Positions 23,180 through 32,232 of a stretch of 32,232 nucleotides of DNA are shown piece after piece (positions within the stretch are counted from its first letter, which is position 1; the number at the start of each line of letters is the position of its first letter). Under the pieces are notes generated by a model. The model made no database searches. It saw only the letters and a list, made by a program, of their open reading frames with translations, and had not been told where the DNA came from. This DNA is from Macrostomum lignano (lineage: Eukaryota), in the NCBI GenBank assembly GCA_002269645.1, contig NIVC01003010.1, positions 1 to 32,232 on the forward strand. Reading direction: 5' to 3'. Made by a program: the position numbers and the translations under genes.

Positions 23180-23484
23180 TCGCCGGGCTGCTTGAGGGTT
23201 TACGAGGAGGGTGATGGATTATGAGTAGTGGAGACGGGCCCGATAAGAAAGACGCCAGCGGGTCGGTAGCCTTATCAAGATGGGCGCAGACTGCTGGGCC
23301 GTTGCGGTTCTTGTCTCTAAAGAACAAGCCCAGCCCTGCAACCCGACAAGCCGACGTGAAGCGCCCTAAAAAACCCTCCCTTGGCAAGAGGGGTGACTTG
23401 CCGCATCAATTGCCCCAGACTCTGATTCACGGGGTGCGGCGGGCGCCGGTCTTTAGTCTAGCAGCTCCCCGTAACTGATACCAG
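23180..23484 (+). CDS. Gene E putative exon 5 (needs two compensating indels)
   Basis: tattttcag|TCG ... ACCAG|GTTTAC. The 305-nt length fits phase 0 to 2, but the long open frame (23221-23478) is offset by -1 from the entry and exit frame. Confidence 0.4.
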
Positions 23485-23794
23485 GTTTACGTTTCTGATT
23501 TTTAATAGGGGGGGGGTTTGGCTCCGGGATACAGTTGAAGCCCTTCAGGGTTCACAAGCATGCATTGGGCGCGCGTACTTTGTTTGACGCACAAAGAGGG
23601 GCACCAATTAAGGGGCTGTCTGCTTCAGCGGGAAGAATTATTCTAGTAGCTATATCTGGTTGCCATAGCGACACACTGTGATTAGTAATCCGCACTGCCT
23701 CTTCCAAATCAGGCCTGGTGAATCTGCCTTCTGTTTCCTGCATTCGCTTTCTTTCCTAGAAAAGAATTTCCAATTGCCCATTTTAACTCCTGAG

Positions 23795-24715
23795 TTCCCC
23801 ATTCCCAATTGCAGTTCCCCATTCCCCATTGCAGCTCCCCATTCCCCATTGCAGCTCCCCATTCCCCATTGCAGTTCCCCATTCCCCATTGCAGTTCCCC
23901 ATTCCCCATTGCAGTTCCCCATTCCCCATTGCAGTTCCCCATTCCCCATTGCAGCTCCCCATTCCCCATTGCAGCTCCCCATTCCCCATTGCAGTTCCCC
24001 ATTCCCCATTGCAGTTCCCCATTCCCCATTGCAGCTCCCCATTCCCATTGCAGCTCCCCATTCCCATTGCAGTTCCCCATTCCCCATTGCAGTTCCCCAT
24101 TCCCATTGCAGTTCCCCATTCCCCATTGCAGTTCCCCATTCCCCATTGCAGTTCCCCATTCCCCATTGCAGTTCCCCATTCCCCATTGCAGTTCCCCATT
24201 CCCCATTGCAGTTCCCCATTCCCCATTGCAGTTCCCCATTCCCCATTGCAGTTCCCCATTCCCCATTGCAGTTCCCCATTCCCATTGCAGTTCCCCATTC
24301 CCCATTGCAGTTCCCCATTCCCCATTGCAGTTCCCCATTCCCCATTGCAGTTCCCCATTCCCCATTGCAGTTCCCCATTCCCATTGCAGTTCCCCATTCC
24401 CCATTGCAGTTCCCCATTCCCCATTGCAGTTCCCCATTCCCCATTGCAGTTCCCCATTCCCCATTGCAGTTCCCCATTCCCCATTGCAGTTCCCCATTCC
24501 CCATTGCAGTTCCCCATTCCCCATTGCAGTTCCCCATTCCCCATTGCAGTTCCCCATTCCCCATTGCAGTTCCCCATTCCCCATCGCAGTTCCCCATTCC
24601 CCATTGCAGTTCCCCATTCCCCATTGCAGTTCCCCATTCCCCATCGCAGTTCCCCATTCCCCATTGCAGTTCCCCATTCCCAATTGCAGCTCCCCATTCC
24701 CAAATTGCAGTTCTC
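23795..24715. repeat. 19-20-bp C-rich minisatellite CCCCATTGCAG(T/C)TCCCCATT
   Basis: Direct reading. Confidence 0.98.
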
Positions 24716-24958
24716 CAGAGCCCATTCCTATTCCCAATCTTCCCGATTCTAAATTTCCCAAAAACAGAAATTGACGCACAAATGCTGCCAAGGACTGCTA
24801 GACAGCATCAATACTATATACTACTATCTAGAAGTCCTTGGCTGCTGCTGTTTTCCAAATTCCAGACAGTTTTATGAGGCTTCAGTCTGTCAGTCTGTCT
24901 GCCTGTTTTTCCCTTTTTGTTAGCCGCCTTTTTTATCAGTGAAATCTGCCGCTTTCAG

Positions 24959-25134
24959 TGGACGCCCGCCCAGACAGTTGGGCTGGTGGGCTGCCCGTCT
25001 CCTTGCCTGTGAGCTTTATTTTAGTGTGGGCGATCTCCAAGTCGCCAAGGAGCTCTGGAAGCAGCTATCTGGAGTGAGGACTGGACTGACCCGGGGTCCC
25101 CTGACTCGCTTCATAAGACCTGGGGCGACCAAAG
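24959..25134 (+). CDS. Gene E putative exon 6 (GRPPRQLGWWAARLLACELYFSVGDLQVAKELWKQL...GATK)
   Basis: gctttcag|T ... AAAG|GTTTAG; open, phase 2 to 1; protein-like composition. Confidence 0.55.
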
Positions 25135-25145
25135 GTTTAGAATTT

Positions 25146-25956
25146 CAAATTGACAAACAGCTGATAGAAGGCTGACAGAGAGAGCTGACAGACAGCTAGT
25201 TGGCAGACAGAGCTGACAGACAGACCTGTCACCTGACAGACAGAGCTGACAGACGGTTGACAGATAGCTGACAGACAGAGCTGACAGACAGAGCTGACAG
25301 ACGGTTGACAGACAGCTGACAGACAGAGCTGACAGACAGAGCTGACAGACAGAGCTGACAGACAGAGCTGACAGACAGAGCTGACAGACAGAGCTGACAG
25401 ACAGAGCTGACAGACGGTTGACAGACAGCTGACAGACAGAGCTGACAGACAGAGCTGACAGACGGCTGACAGACAGAGCTGACAGACAGAGCTGACAGAC
25501 GGTTGACAGACAGCTGACAGACAGAGCTGACAGACGGTTGACAGACAGCTGACAGACAGAGCTGACAGACAGCTGACAGACAGCGCTGACAGACAGAGCT
25601 GACAGACGGTTGACAGACAGCTGACAGACAGAGCTGACAGACGGTTGACAGACAGCTGACAGACAGAGCTGACAGACGGTTGACAGACAGCTGACAGACA
25701 GAGCTGACAGACAGCTGACAGACAGCGCTGACAGACAGAGCTGACAGACAGAGCTGACAGACAGCTGACAGACAGCGCTGACAGACAGAGCTGACAGACA
25801 GAGCTGACAGACAGAGCTGACAGACAGAGCTGACAGACGGCTGACAGACAGAGCTGACAGAAAGAGCTGACAGACGGCTGACAGACAGAGCTGACAGAAA
25901 GAGCTGACAGACGGCTGACAGATAGAGCTGACAGACAGAGCTGACAAACGTCTGAC
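25146..25956. repeat. 11-13-bp minisatellite GCTGACAGACA(GA) with GTTGACAGAC variants
   Basis: Direct reading; starts about 12 nt after the donor at 25134. Confidence 0.97.
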
Positions 25957-27108
25957 AGAGTCCTCGCGGAGCTCGGGTACATGGACTAGTTTATAGACTG
26001 GAAACCCTATCTGCAGCTCCTAAGTTCCATAATTGGGGTCCATGGCCTGGGCTAACCCGATCCCTATCACGCTCCGTGGGCAACTGATACGATCGGGAAC
26101 GCACGCTGCCGCGGTGTCTGGTTGCCTGGCGGGAGGCTCGGCTTTACGCTGGCGCCGTTGCTTCTATTGTGTCGCTTTGCGTACGCAGCGCCTCCACTAT
26201 GAGCGGTTATGGTGCTTTTTGCCCCACATTTTGCTGTGTGTGACTCACGGTGCAACCGTTTTAGAGGAGTTAGTTAGTACCACGAATAATAATAATCCGA
26301 GTGTTCATGTCAAAGTGCTACACAAGGACAACTTAAGTAGAAGGACGCTACACTCGAAGTCAATTTGTTAAATTGGTCTGTCACTTGAAAAAACGTTTAA
26401 AATAATGACAAGACCAATTTAACATAAAAAATCGATTAATGCGTCGTTAGAGCAGCATGTGAGGCACAAAATAGTGTGATTAGAACTTTCTCTGACACTG
26501 CTAAGAGACCCAATCACTGTTTATAGTGTTGAAAATCGTGTAGTTTCCTATCTCCGCAGTGTATTTTTCCGGTTAAACCTGCCTTTAAAACTATTTCTGA
26601 ACGAAAAGCTTTATGAATATCGATAGAGCAATAAAGAAGGCACAACATATCAAAAGATGAACACTGAATCTGCCTCCTATCGAAAGCAATAACAATTTTT
26701 GTGCTGAAAAAATTAAAACCTCCTATCTCTGTAGTGTATTTTTCGGCGAAAAGTTGCCTTCAAAACATTTACCATGGATTTCGAGTGTAGCGTTCTATAT
26801 AGTATGTTACTGGAGTAGTCCTTGGTGCTACATCATTGGAGAATTGGCTAATAACTGATATAGCTCCCGTTGAAAACGATACCGTGACATGCACATGAAT
26901 CGCTAAAGAGTCATTGCAAACAGCTCACTAGTGACTTTAGTGACTCTGGGCGACTGCTGCGACAAAGAGGCGACTGTTGCGTCACAAGCGCATCACTTGA
27001 GTCGCAGAATCGTAAAAGAGTCGCGTATGAGTCGTCCAATAATCGTTTTGTTCTACTAACTCATTAGGCTAGTTAGAGTATTTAAATAACAACTCGGTGA
27101 CCCTAGAG

Positions 27109-27676
27109 CAGGGTAGGCTTGAAACTCCGGCCGTGGGCCACATGCGGCCCTCAAAACCTCTCTATGCGGCCCATCGGGTCCTTTGAAACTTCACAATGTC
27201 AATCCAGCCCGCTCAAGATTTGTCTCTTCTCAGCTCTCTTCGATCTCTAATCTCCTTTCTCTCTCTTTTTCTTCTTTTCTCTCCTCTCCTTTCCTCTCCT
27301 CTCTTCTTGTCTCCCTTCTCTCCTCTTTTCTTCCTTTCCTCTCTTCTTGCTTCTCTTCCCTTCTCTCCGCTTCTCTCCTTGCTTCTCTCCGCTTCTCTCC
27401 GCTCTCTCTCTTCTCTTCTCTCCTTGATCCCTTCCTCTCCTATCTTCTTGTCTCCCTTCTCTCCTCTCCTCTTCTCTCCTTGATCCCTTCCTCTCCTCTC
27501 TTCTTGTCTCCCATCTCTCCTCTTCTCTTCTCTCCCCTCCCTTCTCTTATTTCATCCATCCTCTCCTCTCGTCCGTCTTCTCTCCTTTATTCCCTCACCT
27601 CTACTTTGTTCTATCTCTCTTCTCTCTTATCTATTCCCTATTCTCTCCCCCATCCACTGGCCCGCAGTCTGCGCTA
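27109..27676 (-). mobile_element. hAT-like MITE copy 3, inverted, with expanded CT/GA tract
   Basis: cccTAgag|CAGGG...aaactccggcc...gggtcctttgaaacttcacaat...cccgctcaag...tctcttctcagctctct is the reverse complement of the copy 2 end. The pyrimidine tract is about 420 bp. Confidence 0.7.
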
Positions 27677-27833
27677 GGTTCATTGGAGTCATTTTAGAGT
27701 CGCAGATAATAAAAGCTTCAAAGTGACTCTTGGGCGACTTTATTTTGGCGACTTTTACCTTGGCATATCTTAGTTTTTGAGTCATTTAAAGTCACATCTT
27801 TTTTATTTTAACTGTGTCATCTGCGAATCCAAG

Positions 27834-28890
27834 AACTGACAACTCTGAAACGACTCTGGGGTGACACAGACTCAGCACTTGAGCAGCACGGGGAAGGCAT
27901 CACTGCTGGAGAAATCAAGCCGTTGTTCAAAAATTTTTCAAGGCAGCGGAGTGAGCAAGGGATACGAGAGCTGTTGGCAGCTCGGAGCGGCCAGTCAGAG
28001 AGTAAAATGAATGCGCTTGCGCTCGGAATGGAACCAGGGGTCGCGGCGCGAGACTCAAACTGCAACTACGAGAGTCAGACTGCAACTACGAGAGTCAGAC
28101 TGCAACTACGAGAGTCAGACTGCAACTACGAGAGTCAGACTGCAACTACGAGAGTCAGACTGCAACTACGAGAGTCAGACTGCAACTACGAGAGTCAGAC
28201 TGCAACTACGAGAGTCAGACTGCAACTACGAGAGTCAGACTGCAACTACGAGAGTCAGACTGCAACTACGAGAGTCAGACTGCAACTACGAGAGTCAGAC
28301 TGCAACTACGAGAGTCAGACTGCAACTACGAGAGTCAGACTGCAACTACGAGAGTCAGACTGCAACTACGAGAGTCAGACTGCAACTACGAGAGTCAGAC
28401 TGCAACTACGAGAGTCAGACTGCAACTACGAGAGTCAGACTGCAACTACGAGAGTCAGACTGCAACTACGAGAGTCAGACTGCAACTACGAGAGTCAGAC
28501 TGCAACTACGAGAGTCAGACTGCAACTACGAGAGTCAGACTGCAACTACGAGAGTCAGACTGCAACTACGAGAGTCAGACTGCAACTACGAGAGTCAGAC
28601 TGCAACTACGAGAGTCAGACTGCAACTACGAGAGTCAGACTGCAACTACGAGAGTCAGACTGCAACTACGAGAGTCAGACTGCAACTACGAGAGTCAGAC
28701 TGCAACTACGAGAGTCAGACTGCAACTACGAGAGTCAGACTGCAACTACGAGAGTCAGACTGCAACTACGAGAGTCAGACTGCAACTACGAGAGTCAGAC
28801 TGCAACTACGAGAGTCAGACTGCAACTACGAGAGTCAGACTGCAACTACGAGAGTCAGCTGCTCTGCCCCCCGTCCCGAGTCCCGAAAAG
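27834..28890 (+). CDS. Gene E putative exon 7, containing the 40 x 20-bp repeat in frame
   Basis: ccaag|AA (phase 1). The open frame ELTTLKRLWGD...MEPGVAARDSNCNYESQ continues through the array to LLCPPSRVPK, then AG|GTAAAA. Confidence 0.45.
28060..28858. repeat. Perfect 20-bp tandem repeat CTGCAACTACGAGAGTCAGA, 40 copies (last lacks its final A)
   Basis: Counted from the listing; no variant units seen. Confidence 0.99.
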
Positions 28891-29245
28891 GTAAAAAAAC
28901 TTTATTTTAAAGGCCGAATCATAGCTCGCCAAGTTTTAATTATTCCATTATCTTTCGCGGAATTATTTGTACGTTCATAAATCAGAGTAATAATTGGTTA
29001 GTTAGTTAGTAAGACTTAGTTAATTTAGCAATATCTAGTACTTATGATTTCGAGGTATATCAGTTTAAATATATGCCGGTCACAGCATAATATAACAAAA
29101 TAACAATTTTAAAGACAACACTATAAGTTGAGAGGGGTTTGTCAATTGATTAAAACGATTTGATTAACTGTTTCGATGCAAATCAATAAGTAAGCTGCAT
29201 GCCTATAAATTACCAATACGTTCAATGCGGGCGCTGGCTTGCAAT

Positions 29246-30044
29246 AGACTGAAGGAGAGGGGGCAGACTGACTGAAGGAAAGGGGGCAGACTGACTGAGG
29301 GAGAGGGGGCAGACTGATTGAGGGAGAGGGGCAGACTGATTGAGGGAGAGGGGCAGACTGACTGAGGGAGAGGGGGCAGACTGACTGAAGGAGAGGGGGC
29401 AGACTGACTGAGGGAGAGGGGGCAGACTGACTGAGGGAGAGGGGGCAGACTGACTGAAGGAGAGGGGCAGACTGACTGAGGGAGAGGGGCAGACTGACTG
29501 AAGGAGAGGGGGCAGACTGACTGAGGGAGAGGGGGCAGACTGACTGAAGGAGAGGGGGCAGACTGACTGAGGGAGAGGGGGCAGACTGATTGAGGGAGGG
29601 GGCAGACTGACTGAGGGAGAGGGGGCAGACTGATTGAGGGAGAGGGGCAGACTGACTGAGGGAGAGGGGCAGACTGACTGAGGGAGAGGGGGCAGACTGA
29701 CTGAGGGAGAGGGGGCAGACTGACTGAGGGAGAGGGGGCAGACTGACTGAGGGAGAGGGGGCAGACTGACTGAGGGAGAGGGGGCAGACTGACTGAGGGA
29801 GAGGGGCAGACTGACTGAGGGAGAGGGGGCAGACTGACTGAAGGAGAGGGGGCAGACTGACTGAGGGAGAGGGGGCAGACTGACTGAGGGAGAGGGGGCA
29901 GACTGACTGAAGGAGAGGGGGCAGACTGACTGAGGGAGAGGGGGCAGACTGACTGAAGGAGAGGGGGCAGACTGACTGAGGGAGAGGGGGCAGACTGATT
30001 GAGGGAGAGGGGGCAGACTGACTGAGGGAGAGGGGGCAGACTGA
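29246..30044. repeat. 22-23-bp minisatellite GGGGGCAGACTGACTGAGGGAGA
   Basis: Direct reading. Confidence 0.97.
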
Positions 30045-30192
30045 TCTATATTAATAAGTGCAGTATCGGTATAAACTTTCTGTTTAATTAATATTTTGTT
30101 GAATCGGGAAGCAAAGCAAAGCAAGACAGGCATCCGGCGGTCGTCGGAGGCTCAGAAAAAGTTGATGCAATAAAATATTTGCAAAATTTCTT

Positions 30193-30340
30193 CTACAAGC
30201 CGCTAGCCTTCTGCCTGATGAAGGACTTGAAATCGTCAAGATTGTGCGCAATCCAGTTAATGTTTGCCTTCACCGACTCGAGGCTCTGGTAGGGCTGCGC
30301 CAACCGACTGCAGGTCTCTGTTCGCGAAGAAGCTGGATAG
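30193..30340 (-). CDS. M1 aminopeptidase terminal exon (frameshift near 30290)
   Basis: Acceptor ctccgccag|CTA. LSSFFANRDLQSVGAAL then QSLESVKANINWIAHNLDDFKSFI* matches the ANPEP-type C-terminus (QALEKTKANIKW). Confidence 0.85.
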
Positions 30341-30440
30341 CTGGCGGAGTTTGAGAAGGGGTGGAGATTTGCTGCACCACTTTGATGACGATTCAATTGT
30401 GCCACATTTCTGATAAAGTGACTTCTCAATCACTTAAAAG

Positions 30441-31357
30441 CCTGACACAATCTAGCGAAAACATAACATAAGTCTGACACAAAATTGACACCTGACACAA
30501 ACCCCACTGCACACCTGACCAAACCTGACACCTGACACAAAATTGACACCTGACACAAACCTGAAACCTGACATTTGAAACAAACCCGAAACCTGACACA
30601 AAATCCGACATCTGACACAAAATCCGACATCTGACACAAAATCAGACATCTGAAACAAAATCCGACATCTAGCACAAAATCCGACATCTGACACGAAATC
30701 CGACATCTGACACAAAATCCGACATCTGACACAAAATCCGACATCTGACACAAAATCCGACACCTGACACAAAAATCTGACATCTGACACAAAATCCGAC
30801 ATCCGACACAAAATCCGACATCTGACACGAAATCCGACACCTGACACAAGATCCGACATCTGACACAAAATCCGACATCTGACACAAAATCCGACATCTG
30901 ACACAAAATCCGACATCGGACACAAAATCCAACATCTGACACAAAATCTGACAATCTGACACAAAAATCTGACATCTGACACAAAATCGACATCCGACAC
31001 AAAATCCGACATCTGACACGAAATCCGACACCTGACACAAGATCCGACATCTGACACAAAATCCGAACCTGACACAAAAATCTGACATCTGCACAAAAAT
31101 CCGACATCCGACACAAAATCCGACATCTGACACGAAATCCGACACCTGACACAAGATCCGACATCTGACACAAAATCCGACATCTGACACCAAAATCCGA
31201 CATCTGACACAAAAATCCGACATCGGACACAAAATCCAACATCTGACACAAAAATCTGACATCTGACACAAAAATCTGACATCTGACACAAAATCCGACA
31301 TCGGACACAAAATCCGACATCTGACACAAAGCCCGACACCAGATGCAGACCTGACAC
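30441..31357. repeat. 19-20-bp minisatellite ATCTGACACAAAATCCGAC
   Basis: Fills most of the last aminopeptidase intron. Confidence 0.97.
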
Positions 31358-31378
31358 ATGCCCCCCAGGTAAACTCAC

Positions 31379-31585
31379 CGCTGATAATCGTATTCGGTGT
31401 GTGGAATTCAGCCGGGAATTTGGTGACCTCAGTGAGAGTGAACGCCATGTCATATCGCTCCTCATGATGTCCCAGTTGCGCTCGAAGTAGCTCCACACCA
31501 GCTCCCTGAGGCCGCTCCGCCTGCAAAGCTTGGCCGCAATGCTGAACGCTTCTTGCGAATTCAAGTTGAGCAGACTTGAATTAGC
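31379..31585 (-). CDS. M1 aminopeptidase penultimate exon, ERAP1_C-type domain (multiple frameshifts)
   Basis: tttag|G ... CG|GTGAGT. Reads RLIQV / LNLNSQEAFSIAAKLCRRSGLRELVWSYFERNWDIM / ERYDMAFTLTEVTKFPAEFHT / EYDYQ across successive frames. Confidence 0.85.
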
Positions 31586-31609
31586 CTAAAATTAGGGATA
31601 TTGGGGGCG

Positions 31610-31848
31610 CTGACGTCTCACACTTCTCTGACTGACTGACGTCTCACACACTGCTGACTAAAATCTCATACCACTCCTAAGTGACTGACATCTCACAACA
31701 CTGTGACTGACTGACGTCTCATACCGCTGCTGACTGACGTCTCATACCACTGCTAACTTACTGACATCTCACACCACTGCTGACTGACTGACATCTCATA
31801 CCACTGCTGACTGAAATCTCATACCACTGCTGAACTGACGTCTCACCC
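31610..31848. repeat. Degenerate ~20-24-bp repeat CTGACTGACGTCTCATACCACTG
   Basis: Direct reading; intronic. Confidence 0.85.
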
Positions 31849-31856
31849 ATGTATAA

Positions 31857-32002
31857 ATGAGTCATCGCATCTCTCTCCCATCCATTAGTCTGAGTCATCG
31901 CATCTGTCTCCCATCCCATTAGTCTGAGTCATCGCATCTCTCTCCCACCATTGGTCTGAGTCATCGCATCTGTCTCCCATCCATTGGTCTGAGTCATCGC
32001 AT
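31857..32002. repeat. ~33-bp repeat TGAGTCATCGCATCTCTCTCCCATCCATTAGTC, 5 units
   Basis: TGAGTCA at 31858, 31891, 31925, 31957 and 31990. Confidence 0.9.
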
Positions 32003-32028
32003 GTTTCAATTCACTGGAAAAGGCGCAC

Positions 32029-32197
32029 CGGTAGTTAGTGTCCACATCGGAGGACATGGCAAGGCTGAGCACACGTGCTTGGCCCTCAGAATAGGATTCA
32101 ATCTCGTTCAGCCGGTTCTTGAAGAACTGCCAGTCGCTGGTGTTGCCTTTGTAGACGCCAATCTCATAGATAAGTTCGATTTCGTCTCGGTGGCAGG
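32029..32197 (-). CDS. M1 aminopeptidase upstream exon (gene continues beyond the window)
   Basis: ccacag|CC ... CG|GTGCGC, phase 1 to 2. ELIYEIGVYKGNTSDWQFFKNRL...QARVLSLAMSSD fits the ERAP1_C helical repeat pattern (xVYCxAIxxGGEEEWxF...RxLxALxCSKD). Confidence 0.8.
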
Positions 32198-32232
32198 CTG
32201 TGGATGAGGATCCAGGTGGGTGCAGGATATAT

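Noticed and set aside
22222-25982. Long repetitive ORFs (DNLHGRGK, GNGELQW, SVSSVCQL)
   Set aside because: Minisatellite translations open in many frames and on both strands, with no flanking coding context.
28060-28858. CRISPR array
   Set aside because: The repeats are head-to-tail with no spacers, there are no cas genes, and the context is eukaryotic.
29222-31564. 300-370-aa ORFs (29222-30133, 30430-31359, 30452-31564, 30669-31526)
   Set aside because: Mostly repeat read-through; only the parts overlapping 31379-31585 are aminopeptidase exon sequence.

Overview
Eukaryotic (metazoan) genomic DNA. GC-rich exons with GT-AG introns sit in AT-rich spacers, and about 40% of the window (my rough sum is ~12.8 kb) is made of about 19 different minisatellite arrays. 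The style resembles the flatworm Macrostomum lignano, which is an unverified inference. Reading through splice sites supports six genes: (A) a 4-exon uncharacterised Pro/Gln-rich gene (-); (B) a 2-exon DUSP14-like dual-specificity phosphatase (-) with a YCxxGxSRS loop; (C) a 2-exon SETD9 homologue (+) with one frameshift; (D) an intact 2-exon secreted/anchored LRR protein (-); (E) a tentative 7-exon unknown gene (+), divergent from D, whose last visible exon contains a perfect 40 x 20-bp repeat that preserves the frame; (F) the last three exons of an M1 aminopeptidase (-) with several single-base frameshifts. Also present are three copies of a hAT-like MITE carrying a GA-rich tract and a ~275-bp foldback element. 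Most long ORFs in the supplied track are artefacts of tandem repeats. No rRNA, tRNA or CRISPR array is supported.
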